A DNA stretch of 64,000 bases from an uncultured archaeon. GTDB taxonomy: Archaea; Thermoplasmatota; Thermoplasmata; Thermoplasmatales; Thermoplasmataceae. Positions 21,223-31,882 of the stretch are shown here, piece after piece (position 1 is the stretch's first letter; each line of letters starts with the position of its first letter). The position numbers were made by a program, and so were the translations under genes. A model generated the notes under the pieces. The model worked only from the letters and a program-made list of their open reading frames with translations. It searched no databases and was not told the DNA's origin. Location of the stretch: NCBI GenBank assembly GCA_000965745.1, contig CP009479.1, positions 672,001 through 736,000 on the forward strand, in the 5' to 3' direction.

Positions 21223-22881
21223 ATGAACTCCACAGTTTCAGATGTTGTAATCGAGACACTGGTCAGTCTCGGGGTAGAACGAATCTACGGAATACCCGGA
21301 GACTCAATCGATCCACTGGTAGATTCCATAAGAAAGAATGGTAAAATTCAATATGTCCAGGTCAGGCATGAGGAGGGGGCTGCACTTGAGGCTGCTTTTG
21401 AAGCAAAGCTTACTGGTAAACCTGCAGCCTGCATGGGAACTTCAGGCCCTGGCTCGATTCACCTTCTCAACGGACTCTACGAAGCTAAGACCGCTCACGT
21501 TCCTGTAATTGCTCTAACAGGCCAGGTTGAGACTGACCTTCTTGGCCATGACTTCTTCCAGGAAGTCAACCTCAACAGGCTTTTTGATGACGTATCCCTC
21601 TTCAACAGCCAGATAATGCATCCGGATAATGCGGAATACATCATATGGAGGGCGTTCAGGGAATCACAAGTAGGGAGGGGGGTATCGCATGTGACTTTGC
21701 CCGTTGATGTTCTGAGAATGGAATCAAAAAAAGACAGAAGCTTGAACTACGTTGGAGAGCCTCCAATAGATTTCAGCATAGATCCATCTGGAGCGGAGAG
21801 GATGATCAACAGCAGCAAAAAGCCCGTTCTGTTTATCGGAAAGGGTGCAGCGGGTTTGACAGATGAAATCAACTCCTTGTCGGAAAGGATTGGTGCTCCT
21901 GTTATATACGCACTCAATGGAAAGGGGATAGTCGATGACAATGATCGGAAGGTTCTTGGCGGACTTGGCCTCCTCGGCTCTAAGGCATCGGTTGAAGCGG
22001 TGAGGAAGGCAGACCTCCTTATAATGATTGGGACCTCCTTCCCTTACGAAGATTTCCTGCCAGATGGTGTAAAGACAATCCAGGTGGACATAAACCGCCT
22101 CAATCTGGGAAAGCGCTTTCATGCAGACTTAGCATTAGTGTGCACAGCCGAACATTTCCTGAAATCAGTTAAACCAGATTCTAAGGACGAGAAGTTCTAC
22201 GACGACTTTCAGGATGAAAAAGAAAGCTGGATAAACGACCTGAAAAAGAGTGAGGAAAGCCAGGAAAACCCTATAAAGCCTGAGAGAGTGGCTGCAACGC
22301 TTGAAAAATACTCGGACGAAAATTCGGTCGTTGTCATAGACACAGGCAACGTAACTGTCTGGGGCATGAGGAATTTCAGGAGCGGGACGAAACACACTTA
22401 CCTTTTCTCGCCATGGCTCGGCAGCATGGGCGTTGGAATCCCGGGAGCGGTTGGAGCATCATTTGCAACCGACAGGCAGGTTATTGCCATGGTAGGTGAC
22501 GGAAGCTTTGCAATGACCATGATGGAGCTTATAACAGCAAGGAAGTACTCAAGGCCGATAAAGGTGGTTGTATTCAACAATTCTAAACTTGGAATGATAA
22601 AGTTTGAGCAGGAAGTAATGGGATTTCCTGAATGGGGTGTTGATCTGCTGAATCCTGATTTTGCACAACTTGCCAGGAGTATGGGAATTGAGGGCTTAAA
22701 GGTGGAAGAAAGCAACCAGTTGGATGAAGGCGTAAAGAAACTTCTGGCCACTAAAGGCCCTGCAGTTCTTGAGGTGATAGTGAACGGAGAAGAAAGGCCC
22801 ATGCCGCCAAGGCTTACTTTCAAGCAGGTGAGGGGTTATATAACATCACTTTTCAGAGAAGAACTAATGGAGCATTTCTGA
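21223..22881 (+). CDS. ThDP-dependent pyruvate oxidase/dehydrogenase (PoxB-like)
   Basis: GIPGDS, VRHEE, GPGSIHLLNGL, GDGSFAM..NN. Confidence 0.9.
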   Translation: MNSTVSDVVIETLVSLGVERIYGIPGDSIDPLVDSIRKNGKIQYVQVRHEEGAALEAAFEAKLTGKPAACMGTSGPGSIHLLNGLYEAKTAHVPVIALTGQVETDLLGHDFFQEVNLNRLFDDVSLFNSQIMHPDNAEYIIWRAFRESQVGRGVSHVTLPVDVLRMESKKDRSLNYVGEPPIDFSIDPSGAERMINSSKKPVLFIGKGAAGLTDEINSLSERIGAPVIYALNGKGIVDDNDRKVLGGLGLLGSKASVEAVRKADLLIMIGTSFPYEDFLPDGVKTIQVDINRLNLGKRFHADLALVCTAEHFLKSVKPDSKDEKFYDDFQDEKESWINDLKKSEESQENPIKPERVAATLEKYSDENSVVVIDTGNVTVWGMRNFRSGTKHTYLFSPWLGSMGVGIPGAVGASFATDRQVIAMVGDGSFAMTMMELITARKYSRPIKVVVFNNSKLGMIKFEQEVMGFPEWGVDLLNPDFAQLARSMGIEGLKVEESNQLDEGVKKLLATKGPAVLEVIVNGEERPMPPRLTFKQVRGYITSLFREELMEHF

Positions 22882-22908
22882 AAATTCAAGACCTCATTTC
22901 TATTCGAA

Positions 22909-23883
22909 TCATAAGACCAGGTAGATGTACAGGACAAAGAAAACGAGGCCGAAGGAAAGCGCGAATAGCGGGAACCTGCCTCTTCTTATGAAGAAAATGT
23001 ACACTAGGGAAATAACCTCAGCTGTAATCACGCTAACTACCGCACTTTCGTTTATGCTCCAAGGTATCAGAAGAAGCGCAAGTCCTGGGTAGAGCGTAGT
23101 ATAAAGCACCTTTTCCCCAACAAGTGAGGCGACGGCAAAGGTATCTTTGCCCTGGTATCCCCATATCATGGCAGTCAAAGTTTCAGGTATTGCTGTGGCA
23201 AAAGGAATGATAATTATTGAAAGGGTCAGCGCGTCTATGCCTATACTGAGGGAAAGATCGCTTATTGAGTGCACAATGAGTTCTGATCCGTAATAAAGCA
23301 GCACTATTGCAACAGCGAGTTGTAGAACTGATGCAACCTTCGCGTTCATAAATCGTCCCAGAAAGGGCTCTTCCTGCTCCTCCCCAAGAAGTGAGGACTC
23401 TTCTTTGTACATTATGTAAACATAAATCACGTACGCCGCAAGAAATACGATTCCGAGCGCATAGTTAAGGGTCCTTGTCAGGTACCCCGCAAGAATAAGG
23501 AATGGATAAAGTATTGAAACGAAAATGTACGGATATGCCAGTCCCTTGTCGACATCCATGTATCTCTTCTTTTTTTTCTTGATGAACAGGGACCCGATTA
23601 TTGCAGCCAATACAAGGGTATACGCCAGAGAGGAGGAGATAAAGGGTTCACCAAATATCACTCCAATTGCAATGTCGTTTCCCTGGACATGGTCTGCAGA
23701 TAAAATCGCAACAACAAAAACTATCAGTTCTGGAAAAGAGGTGAAGAATGGTGATATTATGGCGCCTACAAAGGATCTGGACCAGTTAAAGAGCCCCCCT
23801 ACATATTCAATTGCGTTGACGAAGATGAGAGACCCAAAGAAGACTGTAAGGATACTGATTGTGAGCAGGAACAGGATATTCAT
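22909..23883 (-). CDS. Sodium:calcium (CaCA) antiporter family
   Basis: Two alpha repeats TSFPE and TAIPE; about 10 TMs. Confidence 0.85.
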   Translation of the reverse strand: MNILFLLTISILTVFFGSLIFVNAIEYVGGLFNWSRSFVGAIISPFFTSFPELIVFVVAILSADHVQGNDIAIGVIFGEPFISSSLAYTLVLAAIIGSLFIKKKKKRYMDVDKGLAYPYIFVSILYPFLILAGYLTRTLNYALGIVFLAAYVIYVYIMYKEESSLLGEEQEEPFLGRFMNAKVASVLQLAVAIVLLYYGSELIVHSISDLSLSIGIDALTLSIIIIPFATAIPETLTAMIWGYQGKDTFAVASLVGEKVLYTTLYPGLALLLIPWSINESAVVSVITAEVISLVYIFFIRRGRFPLFALSFGLVFFVLYIYLVL

Positions 23884-24027
23884 TGGCCAGACCCCTATTG
23901 CCTGAGGTATAATTAAATTCTTATTGTGCGAAGCGAGATCTTGCTTTTACCGCGGAGATCGTTCCGTTATATCCAGTATATAGCATATGTAAGATAGTAT
24001 TATATTCGCAGGTAGTCATAAACCTCC

Positions 24028-24702
24028 ATGAAATATGAGATCATCAATCCTCAGGGCGGATATGCAGTCCTGAAGACAAGACTTGCCCATGGGGAAGAAT
24101 TCTATTCCATGCCCGGAACAGTCACAAGTCTCCACGGCGTTAATTTTGCATCACAGAGAAAGGGAGGGCTTCTCGGCGGATTGAAAAGGTCCCTCTTGAC
24201 AGGTACAAATATGTACAAGGACAAGCTCTATTTTGAATCCGATCCGGGTGAGGCTGTCGTAGCGCCAAGGTTTCCCGGGCAGATAGCAGAAGTCCAGCTT
24301 GAACAGGACATGTTTGCTCACAGTCACAGTTTTCTCGCAGCCGAAAATGAAGTAGAAATCGGCTCTAAATCTCTTGGGGTAAGATCACTGCTTGCAAACG
24401 ACACCCTATTCTGGGTATCACTCCAGAGAAATCCCGGCAAGAAGGTCTGGCTTTCATTCTTCGGTGACGTGATCAAAATGGATGTTAAAGCGAATGAAAG
24501 AGTTTCTATTGAGCATGGGCATTTCGTTGCTATAAATGCGGATGCCAAATTCAACATCAGGTTTCTTGGCATAAAGAGAGCCTTGCTTGGTGGAGAGGGG
24601 CTATACATGGTGGACATAGAAGGACCAGCTCAGGTTTGGCTTCAGACAAGGAATCTGGAAGCATTCATCCAGATGGTTGCTGCACAGGTTCCAAGGAGGT
24701 GA
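24028..24702 (+). CDS. AIM24/TIGR00266 family protein
   Basis: GGLKRSLLTG, APRFPG, GGEGL..GP..VWLQTR. Confidence 0.85.
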   Translation: MKYEIINPQGGYAVLKTRLAHGEEFYSMPGTVTSLHGVNFASQRKGGLLGGLKRSLLTGTNMYKDKLYFESDPGEAVVAPRFPGQIAEVQLEQDMFAHSHSFLAAENEVEIGSKSLGVRSLLANDTLFWVSLQRNPGKKVWLSFFGDVIKMDVKANERVSIEHGHFVAINADAKFNIRFLGIKRALLGGEGLYMVDIEGPAQVWLQTRNLEAFIQMVAAQVPRR

Positions 24703-24957
24703 AAAAGAGGAAGATCCGAAGAGAAATGCGAAAGGGGCTGCCCGAATCTTCTCTTCATACCTCTAATTTCTCCCAGCAATTTCCAGCCCTCAGTACGGGG
24801 TGGTATTTTGACTTTTAACGCTAATGAAGTCGAAAGAACGCTTGTTAGAAGAGGGAGAAGGCTTGGGGACCTCTTCTGATCCCTGTCTATTTGAAATCTA
24901 TTATTCGGAGCATCTCAGGCTTCCTAGAATTATAGGCGATCTCCTGGAGGTGTTGGA

Positions 24958-25194
24958 GTGGTTTCGCCACAGGACTCACAGATCCATTCTAAAATCGACA
25001 GTTACCTTGAGATCAGAAATGGTATGGACGTTTCAGCATCAGAGTTCCTCGAGTCGGTTGACTTCGATCCTTCGGAAGCTGAAAGACAGATCTCGATATG
25101 GATGGAAAGGCACCCCAACGATTTTCATGTGCTTGACAGAAACCCTATAGTTCTGAAGATCTATGGAACGGTCATTTATTCCAGGAGGAGATAG
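24958..25194 (+). CDS. Small hypothetical protein
   Basis: 78-aa ORF, GTG start preceded by GGAGGTG. Confidence 0.55.
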   Translation: MVSPQDSQIHSKIDSYLEIRNGMDVSASEFLESVDFDPSEAERQISIWMERHPNDFHVLDRNPIVLKIYGTVIYSRRR

Positions 25195-25365
25195 CTGTGT
25201 TCCATTCTCTTAACAATGATTTCTCTTCATTTTCAGACCAATCAATAGCACAGAGAACCGCTATTTTCAACGATGGGATAATTTTCTTAATAAGAAAATT
25301 CAGAAGGCACAGGGGATCATATCCCCTGGAAATCTCGCAAAGTAAGACATCTCTATTTTTCTTTA

Positions 25366-26624
25366 GATGGTGTGTGCAAAGTGCTGTAAAAGTTGAAAAG
25401 GGTCCTGCGAGATTTGGATGTGAGTTGACCCAAAAATGCAGGACCAATTGAACATGGTGGAGGATCTAATAAGTCATTTCCTCAAGGACAACAGAGAAGG
25501 CAAGAAGCAGCTGATCGAGTGGTTTTGAACTCGGTCATGGACAAAGAGATGATGGATCAGATCAGGGCGGAGTGGTATGAAAGATCTGAGCAGAGGAAAG
25601 CGCACAGGAATGGCAAGAGAAAGAGATCTCTGAAAACATCGGACGGCGATCTGATGCTGGAGAAGCCCCAGATACGTGAGTTTCCCCTTGAAACTCAGGT
25701 ATTCGATCGCTATTCCAGGGTTGAAAGAGCAGTTGAATCAGCTATCCTGGAATCGTATATACAAGGTGTCTCAACAAGGAAGGTGAAGAAAATAGTTGAG
25801 ACCCTTGGGATACGAAAAGTATCCCCGTCATATGTCTCATCACTCTCCTCCGAGCTGGATGAGAAGGTGAAGGAATTCCTTGAGCGTCCTATCGAACAGG
25901 GGATCAGGTACATGTATGTGGATGCCACATACATCAAGGTACGCCAGGATTCCAGATACAAAAGCATGGCGCTGTACATTGCTGCTGGCGTCAGGGAGGA
26001 TGGGTACAGGGAAATCCTGGGGGCAAGGCTGTACGACTCTGAGACAGAGATAGATTATGAATCATTCTTCGATGATCTGAAGGAAAGAGGACTGAAAGGC
26101 CTTGGTCTCGTCATATCCGACGGCCATAAGGGCATAAGAGAGGCTGTACTCCGATCATTCCCGGGTGCATCATGGCAGTTCTGCCATGTGCATTTCATCA
26201 GGAACCTGATGAAGAAGGTCTCCAGGAAAAAGTGGGGATCAGTATCACTCATAGTGAAGGAATCTCTCGAAAATCCTTCACTCATGCCGCTGGCACAGCA
26301 GGCCTTGATCGATAATGGGATGGACAGGGCTGCTGAGATGTACGATAGATGGTCGGATTCGCTGTACAATTATCAGTCTTCTCCAAGGGAGCATTGGATA
26401 AGGATCAGGACAACAAACATGATGGAGCGGTTGAACTATGAGGTCAAGAGACGCACAAAGAAAGTTGGTGCGTTTCCATCTGAGAAAGCATTGATCAGGT
26501 TAGCAGGTTCCATTCTAATGGACATGAATGAAGAATGGATCACTGGGAGAAAGTATTTGAGGATCGAGGATTTGCACGATCAGTAGGACTCTGATCAATT
26601 CTACAGCAGTCTCTGCACATGACC
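25366..26624 (+). mobile_element. IS256-family element, copy 1
   Basis: Imperfect IRs; 8-bp TSD TTTCTTTA (25358-25365 and 26625-26632). Confidence 0.93.
25436..26586 (+). pseudogene. IS256 transposase, frameshifted near 25525
   Basis: TGG TTT TGA here versus TGG TTT CTG AAC in copy 2; YVDATY, SDGHKG, RTTNMMER motifs. Confidence 0.88.
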
Positions 26625-26639
26625 TTTCTTTATAATTAA

Positions 26640-27941
26640 GGTTCATCCTAGAAATGTGTGGGTATTTTTATCCTTCTTTTCATTATATTTGCCATGCAGG
26701 ATGCTGAACAGTTGTACTCCGAGCTCTTAGGGCTCAAGAACCCCTGGAGGGTTGAGAGTGTTTCACTTGATTCAAATGACAAGGTTGTTGAAGTCTTCAT
26801 AGCACACGACAGGGGAGCTAAGCTCCCATGTCCCGAGTGCAGGAGGGAGTGCATGGTCTACGATCATCTGAGGGAAAGGGTCTGGAGGGATCTTGACAGC
26901 ATAGGGTTCAAGACATTCATTCATGCCAGATCACCAAGGATACAGTGTCCGGAGCATGGCATAAGAGAGGCGGTCATGCCCCTCTCCGAGAAGAGATCAA
27001 GGTTCACTCTCAGATTCGAATCAAGATCCATAAGGATGCTCCAGAACATGGATGTTGAGAATTTCACCCGGGTAATGGACATTTCCTGGAGCCGGGCATG
27101 GAACATCATCGATCATGCGGTTAAGAGAGGACTGTCAAGGAAAACATCAAGGCCAAGGATCATAGGCGTTGATGACAAATCGTACAGGAAGGGGCACAAG
27201 TACATCACGCTGGTGATGGACATGGAGAACAGCGGTGTTGAGTTCATCTCCATGGACAGGAGGAAATCATCACTCGATGAGTATTACAAAACGATGAGTG
27301 ATGATGAATTATCTCGCATAGATGCGGTATCAATGGACATGTGGGATCCGTACATATCATCCACGCTTGAGCATGTACCACAGGCTCATTCAAAGATCGT
27401 CTTCGACAGGTTTCATGTCATGCGCCATGTGAATGAAGCGGTTGATGCGGTGAGGAAGGAGGAGAATCGTGAACTGGTGAAGAAGGGTATCATGGACCTC
27501 AAAGGATCAAGGTACATATGGCTCTATTCCGGCGATCGCCTTCCCGAAAGGTACAGGGAGCGGTACAATGAGCTAAGGAATTCAGATCTAAGGACGGGCA
27601 AGGCGTACTCCATGAAGGAGAACATAAGGAACCTGTGGAATCTCCCCTCAATGGAGGATGCAATGGATTACTGGAAGAGATGGCACTCCTGGATCGTGCA
27701 CTCCTCGATTGATGCAATGAAGAAGGTGGCGAAGATGATGCGAATGCACATCGACAAGATACTGAACTATTTCATCCACAGGATAACAAACGCAAAGGCA
27801 GAGGGAATCAATTCAAAGATCGCGCTGATAGAGAAGATGGCGTATGGATTCAGGAACAGAGGCCATCTCAAGACAGCAATATATTTCAAATGCGGAAATC
27901 TGGAGCTTTATCCATGAGCCCACACAAAACTAGGAAGAACC
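26640..27941 (+). mobile_element. ISL3-family element with intact transposase (26694-27917)
   Basis: IRs GGTTCATCCTAGAAATGTGTGGG and CCCACACAAAACTAGGAAGAACC; zf-ISL3 CPEC..CPEH, GVDD, SMDMW, DRFH, TNAKAEGIN; TSD ATAATTAA. Confidence 0.93.
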
Positions 27942-27944
27942 ATA

Positions 27945-29063
27945 GAGGATTTCCCAAAACTATTCGTTATACTTCAACAGTGTTGATGAGTGTCTTCAAT
28001 TATGCCTGATTCATGGAAAACAGCTCCTTTGAGCTGTATTTTTACTGTTTATTTCCTTTGTTTTCCCTAAAACTCGAGGGCTTACGCTATCCTGTCAAGA
28101 TATCTTGCCCTGACAAGGTTGTAGCATATTGCAGTGAAGTATGTCTTCACACGCACTCTCTGTACCGTTGTGACCATCACATGTGAGAAGTGGAACATTC
28201 GCTTGAAGAATGCATATGGATGTTCCACCAGCGATCTGATGCGAGATATCCTCAGGTTTCGCCGTATGCTTTTCATGGGAAGCTTGTGATTCCTCACTGC
28301 CCTGTCCATGGTGGCATCGATTCCCCTGCAACCGGAGCCGAAGTATCCCTTGTCCCTGTACACCACAATTCCGGGAATGCTCAGATCTATCTGTGAGTCA
28401 TGCACGTTGGCAGGTGTCACAGACAGCCTCTCCAGGATCTTGATCTCGTTCACAAGCGAGTGAGTCTTGTACCCGAAATGCTTCTCATGGTTCTTCGTAG
28501 CGGATGCACCGTCCTTAGATCTGCGAGTCTTTGCATCCTCGCCTCTGGGTTTTCCGTATTCTCCCCTGTCGGATTCGGTGAAGGATGCGTCCTGCATCGT
28601 TCCCGGTCTTACACTTATCTTACGCGCCATGATCTGGTCCCTTATCTCGTTGAAAACCAGGCGATCCTTACCTGTCTCTGAGAGGCGCTCCTTGAAGTAC
28701 CAGATCGTGTTCCTGTCCGGTAATTTTTCTGGATATCCGAGAAAGTTCAGGAATGATATCCTGTCTCTTATCTCCCTTTCAACTTGCGGATCTGAAAGGT
28801 TGTACCACTGCTGAAGCAACAGTATCTTCACCATCAGTATGGGATCATAATTTGGCCTTCCCCCTTTCTCAGTGTTGTTTTCATACAGGTCTGAGAGGAT
28901 CGGCCTGATCCTCTCAAAGTCAATGCGGTCTGTAATGCCTGAAAGTGGGTCTCCAAGTGACTCAACTTCCCTGTACCACTCTGGGAAACTTGATTGCAGC
29001 AGGTTCATGCTATTTGATCATGAGGTCATGAAAAAGGTTTGCGGTGGGTTTTTGGAAAAGCTC
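27945..29063 (-). mobile_element. IS5-family element, transposase 28082-29008
   Basis: IRs GAGGATTTCCCAAAAC and GTTTTTGGAAAAGCTC; 4-bp TSD CATA; LQQWYNLSD, FGYK, DKGY, R..VEH. Confidence 0.92.
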
Positions 29064-29070
29064 CATAATT

Positions 29071-29095
29071 AATTTAATAATTAAATTATTAAATT
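29071..29095. promoter_or_regulatory. Perfect 25-bp AT-only palindrome, candidate operator/origin element
   Basis: AATTTAATAATT-A-AATTATTAAATT upstream of the RHH-like gene; function inferred. Confidence 0.45.
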
Positions 29096-29161
29096 CTAAT
29101 TCTAGATTAGATTATAGATACTCTATTCTGAGAAATTCCAGAAGAAGAGGAGGTGTCTCTT

Positions 29162-29521
29162 TTGCCCAAAGCTAAAGGTGCTGGCAGACCCTCTCTCCAG
29201 AAGAAAGACCCAAAAAGGAAAGTTCCAGTATCAGCATCCCTAGAGCAGGGACTACTCTGGAAACTTGAAGAACTCGGCATATCGCCAACAGAACTTCTCT
29301 CTGCAGCAGCTCAAACTGTTGAAACCGACGAACACGGTTTAACGCAGAAGGATTTCCTGAAACTCATCCTGGATCTTCCAATAAATGACATGAGCGAGGA
29401 CCAAAATCAACGGGTAAGAAAGGAAGTCATGGAAATGAGCTTCAGTCCAGGAGAAGATATCCAGGACATATATGACCAGGCAAGGTATAGAAAAAGGAAA
29501 ATTCTGAAAAGGGATATGTGA
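29162..29521 (+). CDS. Putative ribbon-helix-helix-type DNA-binding protein
   Basis: GAGGAGGTG SD, TTG start; GAGRP followed by KVPVSASL strand and two predicted helices. Confidence 0.55.
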   Translation: MPKAKGAGRPSLQKKDPKRKVPVSASLEQGLLWKLEELGISPTELLSAAAQTVETDEHGLTQKDFLKLILDLPINDMSEDQNQRVRKEVMEMSFSPGEDIQDIYDQARYRKRKILKRDM

Positions 29522-29660
29522 CGACGCATTTATTTCCGAACCATACACAGTCAACGGATTCACATTCATTCTATCACGATAAGGTGAACAGCAACGAGTG
29601 GCGAATTTTTTTCATTAACTTCTGTTTATCAGAAGTATAATCAACTGAATGTGAAAAGGG

Positions 29661-29903
29661 ATGTACAACCACGAGGGCTGCATTAAGATCGAAGATCCGC
29701 ATTTTACTGAGAGATCAGACGCTCGTTTTCTGCCTAAAAACACTATCGACAATATTCTGTCCCGAGGAAGGTGGATGCCTGACGGAAAGAAGGTTAACAA
29801 TCAGCAAGACTTTCGAGTAGTACTGGGCAAATGGACGCTGAAAATCACCATAAAATTCGGAAATCCCTGTACAATTACATTTTGGACTGCTTATTTTAAA
29901 TAG
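29661..29903 (+). CDS. Small DUF4258/RelE-like putative toxin
   Basis: 80 aa, HFTER..R near the N-terminus, beta-rich C-terminus ending TAY; upstream of a YgiT-type Zn finger. Confidence 0.5.
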   Translation: MYNHEGCIKIEDPHFTERSDARFLPKNTIDNILSRGRWMPDGKKVNNQQDFRVVLGKWTLKITIKFGNPCTITFWTAYFK

Positions 29904-29965
29904 CGAAAAATGGCAGTGCAAAGTAACAACACAAAAACTTTTATCATGACACCTATTCTAATACT

Positions 29966-30331
29966 ATGGACGAACCTCTAAGTTCAATCGAATGTCCCGT
30001 TTGTGGTTCTGGCATGGTTAAAGGTAAGATGCCATTCAGTATAGATAGGGTGTTCGTTGACTTCTATAAAGCATGGCGCTGCACAAGTTGTGGGAACTCT
30101 TTTTTCATAACTGAAGAGAGGGATATAAGAATTAGAGACGCCACAATATTGGGAATAATTCAATCAGAAAGTGTGCAGGAAGAGCTTGTTTATAAGTCGG
30201 ATGAGACGAATCATCAAGACATTGAGGTTTCGACAGATGTGCCCAAAATAATATCGCTCCCTCGAGAATTTAAAAAGGACAAAGAACAGTTATCAGATAA
30301 TTTCTCTGAGGTTACAGCGATTGTGAGTTAG
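29966..30331 (+). CDS. YgiT/MqsA-type zinc finger protein
   Basis: CPVCG...AWRCTSCGNSFF; acidic C-terminal tail with no obvious HTH. Confidence 0.75.
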   Translation: MDEPLSSIECPVCGSGMVKGKMPFSIDRVFVDFYKAWRCTSCGNSFFITEERDIRIRDATILGIIQSESVQEELVYKSDETNHQDIEVSTDVPKIISLPREFKKDKEQLSDNFSEVTAIVS

Positions 30332-30332
30332 T

Positions 30333-30857
30333 ATGTACCAACCTATTGATTTTCGCAAATATCCTGAAAAGGACTTTCGTACTAGGGGCCAATTTCAATG
30401 GGCAATTTATGATATTGAGCATCCAGATTGTACCGGTACGTTAAAGGTGGCAAATCTTCCGGTCAAAGTCTTGGAGGTACCGGAATATCTGGCCCCTCCA
30501 GGCGCATTTGATGATAATAACCCTCCCTTCATGGTAATGTGGGCGCCGTTAGTGGTATCATTTAGGAACAAAGGCGTTAGGAAGAAAGCGGGAGTTCCTT
30601 TGACAAGGGAAGATTACAACGAAGCGGACAAAGTGGATCTATTTTCCGGAGACCTAGTAACGAGATATGAACCAGATAACGAGTATACGGTTATAGATAG
30701 ATCTTCTTACATTCTAAGAGCGAGGTTAGTCGCCACTAAACTTGAGTTGCTCCAAAACAAAGTAGATCAGTTTGGAGATCCAGGTTTATGGGTAACTTGT
30801 AACAATAACATTAGTTTCACGAAGTTTACTCCAGGAGTTCCAGGGGTTCACCAATAG
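30333..30857 (+). CDS. Hypothetical protein with apparent internal duplication
   Basis: 174 aa, starts 1 nt after the previous stop. Confidence 0.7.
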   Translation: MYQPIDFRKYPEKDFRTRGQFQWAIYDIEHPDCTGTLKVANLPVKVLEVPEYLAPPGAFDDNNPPFMVMWAPLVVSFRNKGVRKKAGVPLTREDYNEADKVDLFSGDLVTRYEPDNEYTVIDRSSYILRARLVATKLELLQNKVDQFGDPGLWVTCNNNISFTKFTPGVPGVHQ

Positions 30858-30931
30858 ATTATCGAGTGATGGCTATTTGTGTTTGTTCTCAAGACATCAT
30901 TCTTGTAAGTGAATATCTCTACACATCTCAA

Positions 30932-31041
30932 GTTAAGTTTTACGCTAAAACTTAACGCCATTTATATATGACTTTGATTAAACACCCTTGATTATATAGT
31001 CGATCTATGCGAAAGACGTTAAGTTTTGACACAATCTTAAC
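30932..31041. promoter_or_regulatory. Two related palindromic sites flanking a TATA box upstream of the integrase remnant
   Basis: GTTAAGTTTTA-CGC-TAAAACTTAAC (30932-30956), TTTATATA (30961), GTTAAGTTTTGACACAATCTTAAC (31018-31041). Confidence 0.6.
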
Positions 31042-31047
31042 ATCACC

Positions 31048-31305
31048 TTGAGGCCGATAGTAAGATCATCCAACAAATTCCAGGTCAGGATCCTCAGGCC
31101 ATCTGAATGGGAAATCTTGAGAGATAAACTGGACATTAACATGAAAAGAATTTGTGCATCATGCCTGGTAACTGGAATGAGATACGCAGAATTGCGGAGA
31201 TTCAAGGAAAATCCAGACTGGTTGGAAGGAAGGTTTGTATATCTCCCCAGGGAATCCACGGTGAAATTCCAGACAAAGTTTGGTGTCAAGGAAGAAGACA
31301 TTTAA
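31048..31305 (+). pseudogene. Truncated tyrosine recombinase/integrase
   Basis: Box I TGMRYAEL present; HxxR and catalytic Tyr region absent. Confidence 0.7.
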
Positions 31306-31513
31306 GGGTTCTACGAGGGAGAAGGGGGAATCAATCTGAAAGGGGATTATATGGGGGCAGCTTGTACCATCGCATGGGGAAATAAAAGACCGTTTTCATT
31401 GAAGCGTGTATAAAGCCTGATCTGAGATCAGAGACCATGCCGAGGTCTACGCATAGAATAGAAATATGCAATAGAATAAACAAATTAATAAGCAGGAGCT
31501 ATTTTATTTTTTT

Positions 31514-31882
31514 ATGGCCGGAAACTACTATTATGATAAACTTACTCATTGGATGCAAATAACCAACGGAGACTACAGACCCTACATCAGAAACAAGGGA
31601 AAATCTGGAATTTCAAATGAGTTTAAGAATGACCCAAGATTCACGAGGGAAGTTTGCGGATATCTGAAGACTTATGCAAAGGGGAAGGAAAGAGATTCCG
31701 TTTCGACGATTATTAAAGGTATTTCAAATCCAGAGAGTGATGTGCTGGACATTCTGGTAGGTGCCACATTAGATGCTTGCGGTTACACAGATACTGGGAA
31801 TACCTTGATTGGCTTGGCTGTTGCGGGCTTAATTGGTGTTGGCATAATATCAATCCTTGCTGCCCTGACTTCAAAGAGGTGA
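31514..31882 (+). CDS. Hypothetical protein with C-terminal Gly-rich TM helix
   Basis: 122 aa ending LIGLAVAGLIGVGIISILAAL. Confidence 0.7.
   Translation: MAGNYYYDKLTHWMQITNGDYRPYIRNKGKSGISNEFKNDPRFTREVCGYLKTYAKGKERDSVSTIIKGISNPESDVLDILVGATLDACGYTDTGNTLIGLAVAGLIGVGIISILAALTSKR

Noticed and set aside
24700-24960. tRNA/att site at the island border (GAAGAGAA..TTCTCTTC hairpin)
   Set aside because: No T-loop or cloverleaf found; at most a terminator-like hairpin.
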